Origin: the human T2T-CHM13v2.0 reference genome, Homo sapiens
Assembly: GCF_009914755.1 (NCBI RefSeq)
Contig: NC_060934.1
DNA length: 64,000 nucleotides
Reading direction: 5' to 3' (one strand)
Each line of letters begins with the position of its first letter. Position 1 is the first letter of the stretch. A program made the position numbers and the translations under genes. The notes under the pieces are model-generated. The model saw only the letters and a program-made list of their open reading frames with translations. It had not been told where the DNA came from and did no database searches. Below, in pieces: positions 25,901-41,020 of this stretch.

Positions 25901-26534
25901 CCACTGTACCTGATATTGGGAAACGTTTTTGAAGGATATCAAGGAGATGGAGGAGTTCCAAGGGAGAGCAGCATGAATCGCAAAGGTCCGGGAAGGTGAG
26001 CCCACATGGAAAGGTCTAGGAGGTTAACTTAAAAGACCTCAGAGCATTGAGTCATGAGATTGAAAAGGGGGAAAGGCTGTAGCAAGACATTAAAAGGAGG
26101 GATTGTGTTCTCAAAAAAAAGAGAGAATATGATTGAAGTTTTGAAGACGCTAAAGTGCAGAGTGAAGCTATATATAGATAAGTTCTTTCAATTAATGCTA
26201 AACCCTGGGATACTGCTGCTGATGTTTAAAATGTTGGAACAGCAGGCAACATGTAGAGTTTGAGCCAAACTTTTACAGAGACGAGGTGGTGAACTTAGAG
26301 CATGTTACAAAAGTTAAGGAGATGGTGGGGCAGCTCACCCAGCAGTCCCCAGGAGGGGGCCTCCGGTCAGCTCTCACATAGGCTTAATGCAGAGCCCTTT
26401 TGTAACAATGAGTTGAGGTTAGGGTACCCTTCAAAGCCCTGGGACCGTTTTAATGTTGAACTGAATATAGAACAGAAACGATGAAAAATGTGGTGCCGGC
26501 AGCTGACACAGTGTTTACCAAAGCACCAGTCATG

Positions 26535-26630
26535 TGGCAGTAGATGCTTCTGGGTGCCTACTGTGTGCAAGGCATCATTCTCAGTGCTGAGAACATAAAG
26601 ATGAGCAAGCCATGTTCTTTGCCCCAGAAG
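26535..26630 (-). mobile_element. L2 3'-end relic
   Basis: gggtgcctactgtgtgcaaggcatcattctcagtgctgagaacataaagatgagcaag. Confidence 0.6.
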
Positions 26631-29600
26631 GAGAGAAAGAATTGTCTGTAGTAAAGAGAGGAGAGCCACAATTACCTCGAAATGTAAAACCAGTTTCGGG
26701 TTAGCCATGTCCGTTGCACACATGCATGCATGTGTGTTCTTGTGCGCGTGTGTTTTCTGTTTAGCAGAGAATGCGCTAGAGAGCGTGATCATCCTGTGCT
26801 ATTCATATAATAAAGATGAAGTGAGAGAACATTAGAGGAACCAAGGCCATGTGATGGTACACGTCTGACGTTTTTTCCTTTCGGTTACATGCCCGTATCT
26901 CCTCTTTCCCCTTTTTCCCCTTTGTCTTCATTTGGTTCCCCTCCCTATAGGGAGTTTAGGACAAGAAGAGGCTAAAGTTTCACTGATGAGCCTTTCTGAG
27001 GGTTCTCCATTAAATCCAAGGACAGAAAATGTACAGTCCTCTTATTAGCATAACGAAGCCATCAGCATTGCATCAAGCGGGTCCTCGTACCCTTTTCCTT
27101 GTAATGGTGTTTGGTGTAGGGTCCTGAGGAAGAGCTGCCAGCCCCTACCTGATGGATCAAAATCCCCTTGGCACCAAAGAGTGACTGATAGTGTTAACCA
27201 TCACAGGAGACATGTATGTATGTGTGTGGAACTCTGACGTGTATTTTAAACTTTGCAATAGCCCAAAGTTAATTTGTTTCTTTGCCATTTGTTTTCGAAT
27301 GGGTGTGGCATTGCTTATAAAATGTTGAATGTAAGTTGCCTAGGACAGCGCCTGGCATATGGTGGAAACTGAATAAAGGCTGCTAGGTAGTGTAGACTAG
27401 ATGGACTAGAAAACAGTACAGATGCAGATGCTTTCAGATGTTCTCTCTGCCACAGAGAGACCTTTCTGTGTGCTTTGTTCAAAGTTGACAGTGTGAGTAA
27501 ACTACCATCAACAAGGCGTTACTTTTGGGTAATTTTTTCAATGTTTATCCCAGTTCCTTCATCCGCTTTTACATAGCCTCTTGTACTGCAAGCTACACTC
27601 AGTTTTGAAGATGGTGGGTTAGCGTTAGAGTGGTGTTCTGTGGCCAGTGGAGGAGGAAGCTTGCTCACTTTAATGCAGAATGTCTAAGCATCCTGCGCTA
27701 ACCATTGGCAGGAAGGTTATTTCAGTGAGACGCTGGTTCCTTCTCACCCCTGCACCCTTCCTGGAATCACCACTGGTTGCAGAAGCCTATATAGGGTGGC
27801 TCATTTGGACGAAGTATTGTTAAGGTGGTTATTAGAAGACTCGCAACTTAGAAAAGGAAGTAAACATGTTAATACTAGCTTTCATAAATCCCCCTCTCTA
27901 AAAAACACCCCTTTCTAAAAAATTCACATTACTAAGGCATCCCCTACACAGAATGTTTAGTAGGGAGGTATTAAAATTAATAGCAATTCTGAGTAAGTTC
28001 CTTCTCATGTAGTTAATGCAGCATGATGAAAGAAATAAAAGTCTCCTTATTTTTTTACTTTCTGTGTTGCTTCTTAAATATACTCCTTCAAGTCAGGTTA
28101 GCTTACCTTGGGTGTTTGTATTTTGTTGGCTTATGTTTGCATGTGTGAATTAAAAAAAAAAAAAAGAGAAAATTAGGTTATTAAAAGGAGGATATGAACC
28201 AAAATGTTGGCATGAATTAAGAAAAATCAGTGAAGAAATGTTGCTTAATTTGTACACTTCCCTGCAGTGCTGGAAATGGACTTTTCCTTTGCATTTCCAT
28301 GAGTCAGGGAGAAAACAGACCAGCCTGGTTTCACGTTCCAGACAGCATGAAGTACCTCAACAGCAAAGAAGGAAATAGGGGCCTTAGTTTTTAAATCCTC
28401 TGTAAGATAGTCAAGGCTTCTCCAGTAGAAAGTTAGGTTTTGTAATAAGGGACCATTTTGTCCTTTCTGTTCAGGATTCAACAATTGCTTGTTGATTTGG
28501 GGTGAAGATGCCATGAACTCAGGAGCGGGTGAGGAGGGCCTTTCTCTGCCTCCCATTCCCAAAGCATTCTCCCTAACCCCATGGTGGAGGCTGCGGAGAG
28601 TGTTGTAGGCAGTTGCAGTGCCCGTCACTCTCTGGGTGAAGCCAGTATGTCCTGGTGGTGGCCTTAGAAGACAGCCCCTGTGAGGCTCAGTAAGCCGCAG
28701 CCTAGATTGGAACAGCGTGACTGCCTGGTAGGATAAAGGAGACGACATCTGAAAAGAGGGTTTCAGGTGTTTGCAAAGAGGTCAGATCCCTACACATGAA
28801 ACGCTGCGGCCACAGCTGCAGCCATGCTACCTGCCACATGCCCTGGCCTGCGTCAGCGTTATGGAGTAGGCAACCTGGTTCGGCGCAAAGAGGAAATGCG
28901 CGTTCTGTGCCCAGTCCTCGCTCCCCTTTGCCAACCGGGCTGCTGAGTGTGATGCTCCCTTTGTGAAGTGGACATCTGTCTAATGGGAACTGGACGGTGA
29001 CCACCAGTCCGTTTTACACAGGCCACCATACAGCTGCCAGGTGGCGCTGGCTCTTAGCTGTTCTGCAAGTCCAGCACAGGGTGTATTCAGCTCTAGAGGT
29101 GGCAAACACGGGGCCCTTCCACCAGGCCCACTCCCTGCAAAGGAAGTGCTTCCGAGAGCCAAGGCTTTGCTCTAATCTCTGTGAAGGAAGAAAAAGACTT
29201 GGGGAAAGGTAATGAATAAATTAAAGACACACTTTTGTAATCGTATATTTTAGGCTTTCCTCTCTACCTAATTGTGCTCTAATCTGTACTTAGGAGTATA
29301 GTTTTTTAAGTGGGACATGTCAGGCTTTTATGCCACAGATTAAACTCCAAGGCAAATAAATGTGTGACAGCTTAAGAGGCGAAAAGAAGAGTCTTCGTCA
29401 AATGGCAGAGTTTGATTGTTTAACCTAGACTAATCAGTCTTTGGAGGGCCTGCCACATGTCTTCCAGACGGCTAGAATGCTCAGGAGATAAGAGTGGGGC
29501 CTATCGCTCTGTGGCTTTCTCCCCCTGCATTAGCCGCAGAGCTGAGTGAGTCTATGAAAACCCATTGGTCGGGCTGCCCTAGCAACACAGAATGCTGTGC

Positions 29601-31009
29601 TGACACATACTCCATCACATGTTTGCGATGAAAATGCTGTATTTTTAGAACACTTCAAAGTCAGGAAACCGTTAAACCACACTGCATCCTCTCTTGCCCT
29701 CTGGCCACTTCCTCCACACCCCCAGGAACATTGCCCCCATTTCACAGAAAAGGAGCCTGAGACAAAGATTAAGTGATATTTTAAGCAAAGCTGATAATCC
29801 CAGGGAAAATTGCTGATCAAGTCTTGAAATCCAACACATCCTTCGGAGTAATTTTTAATGCTTTCGCTTCTTTTACCTAAGCCATGTGTGTTCCATATGA
29901 CCTTAAATCTAAGCCCTAATATTGTAAATGGAGTTCAGAAGACAACTTAGTCTCCCATTTTCTTTCCTGGCATTCATTCAAATAAAAATAGGCACGTAAT
30001 ACTGTACTGTTAAAAAAAAAAAATCAAAGCTCCACGCACACTTTGAAAATCTTTTAGAATTTATGACGCTTATTTTCTTAAGTATCTTTATGCAAATAAA
30101 GATCAGAAGTCCTTTGAGTTTACATCGCTTGCTGAAGGACTGTATCTTGTGTGTCTCTGAAATTTGCGTGCCTAGCTCGGTGCCTGACATGGAATAGCCA
30201 TTGAAAAGTAGCTGCAGATTGAACGAATGAAGTAAATGCTACCTCTCTCTGATCCACCACTAACTTACCCATTTTTACAGTTACTATTCTGTGGAGCAGA
30301 GACATGCTTGTATTCATTCTTAGGACATGTGTTGAGAACCCTACGTGCCAGGCAGTGTGCCGCATCCCAGGAATACAAAGATGACTACTGGGGCATGATG
30401 GAATGGAGTGAGGAACATGAGGGTATGTGTGTGCGTGTGCCTGTGTTGGGGAGAGAGCCTGTGACAGTCTTCTTTTCTTTCCCCCCTGAAGGCTCTGTGA
30501 TCCTATAAAGGTTAAGAACAACTGCATTGTACAAACAGGGGGAAGGAGGGTCAGAGTTGTCCAGCTCGTATAGAGTGTTGCCAGGTGCATGCTGAAAATC
30601 AGGTCTTAAATTAGCAAAGCTTACGTGGTGTCAGGTAACAGTCACACTCAGCCCTAGTTCTCAAAATAGTCCTAAACCAAAAAATGTTCACTCGGACTCC
30701 TAGCCCCCTAGTCTTCTCTGTCAGCAGCCCCAAATATATAAGGCTGAGGTGTTTCTAATGTGAGGTTCTGTTAGCCTGTTGGTGCTCCTCAGTCACTGGG
30801 GGCCAAAGAGGAAAACATAATAAAGAGAGTGAAAGACTTTCTAAATTGTAAAACTCCATACCCGTCTGAGCCATGATGTCTGGTTCTGTGCGTTTCCTGG
30901 TTTCGGTGAATCTCCATGTCTTGCTTAGCTTTTTTCTACCCTTTGGCTACCAGATCAAATGCCACTTTCCCAGAAAGCGGCAACAAGAGTGGAAGGTGGT
31001 GAACCTAAA

Positions 31010-31145
31010 AGGCAGCATAGGGTGGTGGTCGAGAACAGGGCCTTGGAGACTGCGTGCCTCTCCGGATCCCTCCTCCACCACCGCTTCTGTGACCTAGACT
31101 AAGGGTTGACTTCCCCACGCCTCTGCTTCCTCATCTGCAGGATGA
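31010..31145 (+). mobile_element. MIR SINE
   Basis: ggcagcatagggtggtgg...ctgtgacc...gcctctgcttcctcatctgc. Confidence 0.6.
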
Positions 31146-31384
31146 ACAGGGCCGTTGAGCAGATTCAGTGAGGTCGTGGAGGCAGAGCAGTGACAACAGT
31201 GTCTGGACTCGGTAAAACCGACACCGTACTCAGTCTCCTCCTGATGAGGAAACCCAAGTCCGGAAACATGAAGGGGGCCCTTCCAGGCTGACGCTATCTC
31301 CCAGTGACAGCTCTGGGTATAGCCTGCCATCCGAGCAGATGAGCCTTTCAGTGACAGGAAGATCAGTTCTCGGTAGTATTGACA

Positions 31385-31575
31385 ATAAGAATAATAACTA
31401 GTATTTCTCTGGAGTACTCGCCATGCGCTAGGTCCTGTACTAAGGGCTGACTATACATTATCTTGTTAAAATGTGTCCTCACAATAATCCTGTGAGATTA
31501 TACTACTTATGGTGCCCATTTTACAGAGAAGAAAACTGAAACTTAGCAAAGTAACACATCTAAGTATGTGGCAGC
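31385..31575 (-). mobile_element. MIR SINE, interrupted by the adjacent Alu
   Basis: cccattttacagagaagaaaactgaaacttagc; MIR-like sequence appears to resume after 31900. Confidence 0.7.
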
Positions 31576-31582
31576 ATGGAAT

Positions 31583-31912
<330 letters not shown>

Positions 31913-34900
31913 TAAACCTAAATATTTTGTTGGTAGCATCCCCACTTTTAACCATGACATTGTCCTTGTTCGGTTCCAGGGTTTCTGTAGCGTGGAGCTG
32001 GGCACATCTCTCTGCCTGCTGTGCTTGTCAAACTGACGTTACCTCTCTCATTTCGGAATGAATACTCCTCTCGACTGTCAGTTGTCATTGATGTCTCTGT
32101 ATTCATACCAGTTAGCACAGTGTGTGGTAACCAATAGGTGCTTAATGTTTGTTCAAGTACACTGAATTATTCCTTCAACATTCCTTGGATTTCGTGCTCC
32201 CATGCCTGAGTCTTGCCATTTCCTCTACCTAGAGGTGTCATTTCTTCTTCCCAGTTCTGATGGTTTCTGTTGTGGCCTTTCAGCATCCAGTGCATATGCC
32301 ATTGCATCCATAATGGCTCTTCCTCCTGGACACCCCAGCAGAGTCATGTCTCGCTCTGCTGAAATTCCTGTGACGCTGTATGCCCCTCTCACTGTGCACA
32401 GTACTTTGTGCCATTCTGCAGTTGCATACGCATTTGTCATCTCTAACTCTAAGTGTCTTGCCTTGGGGCTGTTTTAGTCCATTGGTATACATTATAGGAC
32501 CTCATCGAACTTAGTACGGTGCCTTAAAACAGTGAAGAACATTTCCTGATGGAGAGAATGCAAAGCATTCAAGATAAAGGGACATTATTTTCCCACCAGC
32601 CTGTATCCTGCCTTGTTCTTCTTTCCTTTTCATGGCACGTTGACATGGAACACCCCGTTGCATTCCTGGTTTTGAATCAGCTGATGGGCACTCCATGGAG
32701 CATGAAAAAATATTGTTTCAGCTGAAGCAATGGAAGTAAGAGAATCATTTTAGGGTGTCACTGTAGTGTGAAAAGCTTTGACATTTAAAATAAAATAAGG
32801 AAGGAGAAAAACAGTTCACTCTGTCATTGGAGTCTCTTGCCAGCAAGGGCTCTGAGCCCTCTGAGCAGCGTGCTCACCTGAAACCCCGCCAGACTTACAG
32901 ATGTTTCGTTTGGCTCCAGTGTGAAGAACCACACTGCAGTTCTCAGGAACAATTCCATTCTGGCAAGGACTGATGTAACCGGGGAGCGGGGCAGCAAACA
33001 GAAATGACTTCATAGGTCCTATCCCTCTCTACTTTCCTAGATCCCGTAGTGCACACTGCCCTTTTCCTTTGAGTTTTCATCCATCACTTTATTCACTTAG
33101 TGCCAAGACATACGACCCTTTTATGAGGCTATGAAAACTCCACTTAGCCAAGTGCATGTTTGGAACTCTAAGACAATGATATACTTTGCCCCTAGTTGTG
33201 ATCCTAGAGCTTCCCTGAAGGTCATGTGTAGGTGAATGGAACTCTTCCAGACTTGGATTTTCTTCCTTTGAGGACTTGGATTATAACATGGAGGAAAATT
33301 TATTTTTGGGGATCAGAGAAGAATTTGAGTCAAGGATAACAAAGAGGTATGAAGAGAAAATGAGAGTGGAAGTTCCAAAGGCTAGTGTCTCTCACCTCTC
33401 CCTACCACCCCATGTTTTAAGCTGCCCCTTTTAATTAGACATTCTGCCAGCATACAGCTTGTCCAAAACCAAACACATTATCTGCTCTTTGGTTGGCCCT
33501 GTTGTGTTAATGGAACAGTCTTCCTTCTTGTCGCCCAATCTCAGAAGCTCGGCATTATTCCTGACTGCTGCCTTTCCTTTCCTTCACATCCAAATCCTGT
33601 GAACTTGAGTTTTTTAATGTTCCTACCGCCATTTGTGCATTCCTACTGTTGTCACCCTTGGTGCCACCTAGAATATCAAAGGGTCTTTTCAACAGCTCAA
33701 TGGAGACATAATTGATATGCGGCAAACTTCACGTACTTAAAGTATAAAATTTGATACATCTTAACATATGTATACACCTGTGAAACCATCACAACAATCA
33801 AAATAACAAACACATCTCTCACCCCTGAAAGCTTCCTCATGCACCTTGGCAGTCCCTTCTGTCCTGGCTGCCCCATGCCTCAATTACTGACCTACTTTCT
33901 GTTGTATGTGGTTACCATTTCCTAGAATGTTACATAACTGCAGCCATACAGCATGTGCTTTCTTGGATCTGGCTTCCTTTGCTCAGCCTGATTCATCCCC
34001 GTCACTCATTGATTCCTTTTGATTGCTGAGTAACGTTTCATAGAATGGAGGTACCACAGCTCATCACCTCTCCTCTTGATGAGCCTTTGGGTTGTTGTCA
34101 TTTGCTGAATATTTTAAACAAAAAGCTGCTGGGAACATCCATGTACAAGTATTTGTAAAGACAAGTGCTTTTGTCGCTCAGCTAGACACCTTAAGAGTGG
34201 AATGGCTGTATCATATAGTAGGTTTATATCGAACTTCTTAAGAAACCGCCTGTTTGCTAAAGGGATTGTACCATTTTACATTCCTACCAGCAATACCTGA
34301 GAGTTTCATTCCCTCCACATTCCCTCCAACACTTGGTGTAATCACTATTCCTAATTTTACCCCTTCTAATCTGTGTGTAGTGGTATGTCATTATGGTCTT
34401 AATTTTAATTTGCCTGATGGCTAACGATGCTGAGCATCTTTTGATATGTTTGATTCGTGTATATCTATCTTCAATTCAGATCTTTTGCTCATTTTTTACT
34501 TGGGTTATTGCCTTATTGTTGAGTTCTGAGAGTTCTGGATATGCTCTTTGATCAAAGTACTTCACTAGATACACGTTTTGCAAATATTTACTGCTAGTTT
34601 GTTTCTTGTTATCTCTTAATATTTTTTAAAAAGCAGTTTCTAATTTTGGTGAAGCCTTATTTATAAATTCCTTCTTTTACTGATTGTGCTTTGGGTTTTA
34701 TATCAAAGAAAACCTAACCCAAGGTCATAAAGGTTTTTTCTATATTTTCTTCTAGAAGTGTTACAGGTTTAGGCTTTACATTTTAGTCTTTGATCTATTT
34801 TGAGTTAATTTTTATATTCAGCATGAATTATTTATTGAAGTTCATCTTTTTGCATGTGGATATTCAATTGTTCCAGCACTATTTGTCCTTTCTCCACTGA

Positions 34901-35914
34901 TTGCTTTTGTATATGTGTCAAAAATCAGTTGTCTGTATATGTGTCAGTTTATTTAAAGACAGTCTGACCTGCTCCAGTGATCTTATTTGTCTGTCTTTGC
35001 ATCAGTATTACATTGCATTAGTTACTGCAACTTTATCACGAGTCTTGAAGTCAGATACTGTTAGTCTTCCAACTTCGTTCCTCATTTTCAAAGTTGTTTT
35101 GGCTAGTCTAGATTCTTTGTATCTCCTCGTAAATTTTAGGATCATTTGGGCAGTTTTTACAATAAAGTCCTACTACAGTTTCTATAGGAAATGCATTGGA
35201 TCTGTTCATCAATTGGGAGAAATTTGTCATCTTAGCAATATTGAGTCTTCAAAACCATGAAGTGGTATATTTCTCCACTTCTTTAGGTCTTCTTTGATTT
35301 CTCTCACAAATGTTTTGTGGTTTGCCATGAACAGGACCTTGCATATCCCTAGTCAGATTTATCCCTAGGTGTTTTATATTTTCCGTGGTCTTCTAACTAA
35401 TTTTATTCTATTTGCTATTTCCAATCATTTGTTTCTAGCATATAGAAATATAATTGATTTTTGTGTATTGATTATGTATCCTACAACCTTGCTAAACTCA
35501 TTCTAGTAGCTTTTTTAAAGAGTCTGTTGGATTTTCTACGTAAATGGTCGTGTCATTTGCACATAAAGACAGTTCTACTTCTTTTCCAATCTAAGTCTTG
35601 TCTTTTCTTGCCTGCTTGCACTGGCCAAAACGTCCACTATGGAGGTGAATAGAAATAGTGAGAGCAGACATTATTATCATGTTCTTGATATTAGAGGAAG
35701 ACTTTTTCTTTACACTGAAAAGCATGATGTAATGTATAGGTTTTTCACAAATGCCCTTTATCAAGGACATTGTCTTGTCTTCCTGTTTTGCTGAGAATTA
35801 TCATCAGGAATGGATATTAGATTTTTTTTAATGTTTTTTTCTGAGTCTGTTGAGATGATCATATCGGGTTTTTTGTCTGTTTGTAAATATGACAAATCAC
35901 ATTGTTTTTGTGTG

Positions 35915-36070
35915 TTTTTTTTAAGACAGGATCTTGCTCTGTTGCCCATGCTACAGTGAACTGACGCAGTCACAGCTCACTGCAGCCTCGAACTCCTGGG
36001 CTCAAGTGATCCTCTTGTCTTAGCCTCCCAAAGTGCTGGAATTACAGGTGCACGTCACCACACCCAGCTA
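35915..36070 (-). mobile_element. Alu monomer (FRAM/AluJ-type)
   Basis: cagctcactgcagcctcgaactcctgggctcaagtgatcctc, a single monomer. Confidence 0.85.
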
Positions 36071-36137
36071 TATTGACTGATTTGGATATTGAGCCAACCT
36101 TGAATTGCTGGGATAAGTCTTACTTGGTCATGATGAT

Positions 36138-36486
<349 letters not shown>

Positions 36487-37347
36487 TAGAATTTTTACAT
36501 CTGTGTTCGGGAAGAATATTTTTCTGTAGTTTGTTTATAACTTCTTTGGCTGGTTTTGGTATAATGGCAATCCTGATCTCATAGAATGAATTGGGAAGTG
36601 TTCTCTCCTCTTCAGTTTCCTGGAAAATTGTGTATAAAGTTGTATTATTTCTTTAGTTGTTTGGTAGAATTCATCACATAAGTCACCCAGACTTCAAGTT
36701 AACTATGTAAGAAGGTTTTTAACTACAAATTGAATTTCTTTAGTACCTATAGGAATAATTAGGTTCTATATTTTTCTTTGAGTGCATTTTTCCTTTCAGA
36801 TAATATGTCCATTTACCCTACGTGGTCAAGTTTATTGTCATAAAACTGTGTATAATCCCTTAATATCCTTCTAATGTCTTCAAAATCTACACATAAAGAC
36901 AGTTCTACTTGTCATGTCTCCTGATACTCCTGGTACTGTTAATTTGTGCCTGCATTCTTTTTTCCCTTTGTCTTAAAGTTCCCAGGTTTATTTGTCTACT
37001 AAAGAACTAGCCTTTGGTTTTGTTGCTTTTTTTTTTTTTTTTTCTATTTCTTTGGCTTTCACTTTAATTGTTATTGCTTCCATTCTTTTGCTTATTTGGG
37101 GTCTAACTTGCTTTTATTTTTCTGACTTTTAAGATGAAAGCTGAGGTTACTGATTTGAAATCTTTTTTTCTCCAAATGAAAGTATATAATGGTATATAAT
37201 TCCTCCTAAGTACCATTTTACCTACATCCACAAATTCTGATATGCTGTAGTTTCATTTTCATTCAGTTGAAAATACTTCCTAATTTCTCTTTTGATTTCT
37301 TCTTTGACCTGTGGGTTATTCAGAATGTGTCATTTAGTTTCTAAATA

Positions 37348-37570
37348 CAGATTGCGCATCCCTAATCCAAAAATCCAAACTTTGAAATGCTCTAAAACCT
37401 GAAATTTTTTTCAGTACTGACATGATGTTCAAAGGAAATGTTCATTGGAGCATTTTGGATCAGGAAAGGGATGCTCAACCAGTAAGTATAATGCAAATAT
37501 TCAAAAATCTGAAAGCAAAAATCCAATACATTTACGGGCCCAGGCATTTTGGATAAAGGATCTCAACCTG
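37348..37570 (+). mobile_element. Tigger4a/MER46A-type MITE (TcMar-Tigger)
   Basis: Terminal inverted repeats cagattgcgcatccctaatcc / ggataaaggatctcaacctg with flanking TA dinucleotides; internal aaaggaaatgttcattggagcatttt. Confidence 0.85.
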
Positions 37571-38824
37571 TATTTGAGAGGGGTATGGGAGTTTTTTCTG
37601 TTACTGATCTCTAATTAAATGTCCTTTTGGTCAAGAAATATACCTTGTATGGCTTAAGAACTCTTAAATTCATTGAGACTTGTTTGATGCCCCATAATAT
37701 GACTTATCTTGGTAAACAGTCCATGTGCATCTCAAAAGAACAGGTATCCTGTTGTTCTTGGACTGAGTGTTCTACAAAAGTGAGTTTGATTGAGTTGTGT
37801 TCTGCAAATCTTCAGTATCTTTACTGATTTTCTGGATATTAATACTTGTTCTATCAGTTATTGAGAAAGGCTATTGAAATCTCGTGTATTTGTGTATTTC
37901 TCCTTTGAGTTCTATTTTTGCCTTATGTATTTTGAAGTTCTGTTTTTTTGATGAATAGATATTTAGAATTTTTGTGTTCTCTTTGTGAATTGACTCCTTG
38001 GTGGTTTTGAAATGACCTTTATTTCTGGGATTATCCTTTGATTTGAAATTATTATGATATTAGTATAGCCACTTCAGCTTTCTTTGACTCCTGTTAAATA
38101 ATATATATTTTTACATTCTCTCTCTTCACGTGTATGTATCTGTCTATTTAAAGTGCATTTATTGTACACAGCAGGTAGTCGGATCATAATTTTTTTGAAT
38201 CCACTCAGACAAGTTCTACCTTTTAATTGGAGTGTTTAGATAATTAACATATAATGTAATTGTTGATAAAGTTTGGTTTAGGTCTCTAATCTCACTAAGG
38301 TCGCCCCCCCCCCAACCTGTTCTTCCCTTTTGCCTCTTCTTATTACTTCAAATTACTTTTTCATTTTACCTTCTTTGTTGGCTTACTAGTTATAGCTCTT
38401 TTTTGTTGTTTTAGAGTATTTGTTACACGTCTTTATCATTCAAGTGATAGTATGCAACTTCATGTATAGCATGAGAATCTACTTCCATTTCTCCCTTCGC
38501 AGACTTTATGCTGTTGCTGTTTTTACATTTTGCTTTTACATGTTAAAATACATCCACAATACCTTGTTACAATTTTGTTTAATTGGCCAAATTTCTTTTA
38601 TAGATATTTCCATCATAAGAAAACTATCTCGCCTGTTTATGCTCGTAGTTAATACTTCCGTGCTCCGTTCCTTTGTGTAGATCCATATTTCCTTCTGGCA
38701 TCATTTTCCTTCTGCCTGAAGGACTTCTTTTAATATTTCTTGGGCAGCCAATCATCTGGTGGTAAATCCTTTCACCTTTTGTGTGTCTTTCACCTTTTGT
38801 GTTTTGCCCCTTTTTTGAAGTATG

Positions 38825-39134
<310 letters not shown>

Positions 39135-39999
39135 TGAAGTATATTTTTACTGGCTATAGATTTCTAGGTGGACAGGATTTTCCTTTTCTTTCAGTATGTT
39201 AAAGACATTGCTTCACTGTCTTCTCACTTGTATTGTTTCAGATGTCATCCTTCTCCTTCTGTTTTTTTTTCCTCAGTCTGCTTTTAACATTTTCTCTTTA
39301 TGTGACTGGGTTTGAGTAATTTGATTATGATGTGCCTTGGTTTGGTTTTCTTTGTATTTCTTGTACTTGGAGTTCATTGAGATTTTTGGACATGTGAGCT
39401 TACAGTTTTCATCAAATTTGGAAAACTTTCATCCCTTTCTTTTGTCAGATATTTTTAATGTCTGCTTTCTCTCAACTCTCCTTGTAGACTCAGATTACTT
39501 GTATATTTGGCCATTTGAAGTTGCCTTACAGCTCACTAATGTGTTTTTTTCTTCCTTTTTTAAAGTCTCTGTTTCTCTATTCCATTTTGAAACACAGTTC
39601 ACTCATCTTTTCTTCAGTGTTTAATCTGCCGTTAATCCCATCCAGTGTTTTCTTCATCTCAGACATTGTAGTTTTTAATCTCTAGAAGTCCGTTTCGGAT
39701 CTTTCTTAGATCTTCCAGGTCTCTGCTTGTCTTGTGGAACATACCAAATACAGCGATAAATAACTTTTTTGAGTCCTTGTCTGCTAATTCTAGCATCTGT
39801 ATGATTATTTTCTACTTCTAAAGTGAGGCCTCTCCTAGTCCTCTACCCAAGACCGTGAATTGTGAGTATTTTCGGTCTGGCTGGTAAGGACAGGCACTAT
39901 TCCAAGCCTTTCATCTTTTTGGAGGGCTCTTTGTCTGGTAGTTTCTTCACTCATGTGCATTGATCATCACTGGATACTCAAGAGGGACCTCTGCAGATC

Positions 40000-40267
40000 T
40001 CTTTGACTCCTGTTAAATAATATATATTTTTACATTCTCTCTCTTCACATATATGTATCTTTCTATTTAAAGTGCATTTATTGTACACAGCAGGTAGTTG
40101 GATCTTAATTTTTTTTGAATCCACTCCGACAAGCTCTACCTTTTAATTGGAGTGTTTAGATAATTAACATATAATGTAATCGTTGATAAAATTTGGTTTA
40201 GGTCTCTAATCTCACTGAGGGTTTTTTTCCCCTCACCTGTTCTTCCCTTTTGCCTCTTCTTACTACT
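40000..40267 (+). repeat. Direct ~267-bp copy of 38081-38347
   Basis: Base-by-base match from tctttgactcctgttaaata to tgcctcttcttaYtact; about 12 differences outside one homopolymer tract. Confidence 0.95.
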
Positions 40268-40849
40268 CTCTCTCTGCAGCTCATTCCTCTTTGCTACTCT
40301 TTACGGTGAATTCTAATGGCCCTCGCACTCTCAGCTCAGGGAGTATACTGGGTCCTGCCTGGTGTCCAGCTCCCTGTGCTGTGGCCTGGAAACTCTTTCA
40401 GGCCATGAGCTGTTTTCAGGCAAGAGGACTGTCCATCTAGGCCAGAGGCAGAAGTCTGCAACTCTTAATTATATTTCCTGTCCCTGGTTCTTTTCTCACA
40501 GTGCCTTCTATTTATCCAGAGGAATTCCAGCACCAGCGATGGTATGCAAACCTTTAGTGGCACACGTTGACTCAGATACAGCCCAGATTCCTTGGCCATG
40601 CTTTCCAGGTCTTCCATAAACCATTCTGTTCTTTCTCCTCTCATTCCCTTCATTACCTTCATTTCCATTCCTACAGATTTGTTAACTGGAATTTCTGTAC
40701 TTCCATCTCTTTTTGTTGACAGCTTCTCTTTGTTCAGGTTCTCCATTTCCTGCACATTTTTAACACATTTGCAAGTTGTAAATTATCTTCTTTCTGCAAA
40801 CTCCTGTAAAGATTTATGTGCACCTCTTTGATTCAAGCCTTCACTTTCT

Positions 40850-41020
40850 ACCTTGTGTTAACTTATTTATGCACATGTCTTATCTCCTCCAACCACTTAT
40901 AAATCCCTTGAGGACAGGATTCACGTCTCATTTACATGCTCTTAGAAATTTACAGTGCGTACACAGTAGGCAATCCATACATGCCCATTCAGTACACATT
41001 TACTGGCAGTCTTGGGAATG
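40850..41020 (+). mobile_element. L2 3'-end relic
   Basis: ttataaatcccttgaggacaggattcacgtc...acagtgcgtacacagtaggc. Confidence 0.55.

Noticed and set aside
30160-30375. Tail-to-tail L2 ends as a miR-28/151-like hairpin precursor
   Set aside because: The arms are too diverged and too far apart for a convincing stem by eye.
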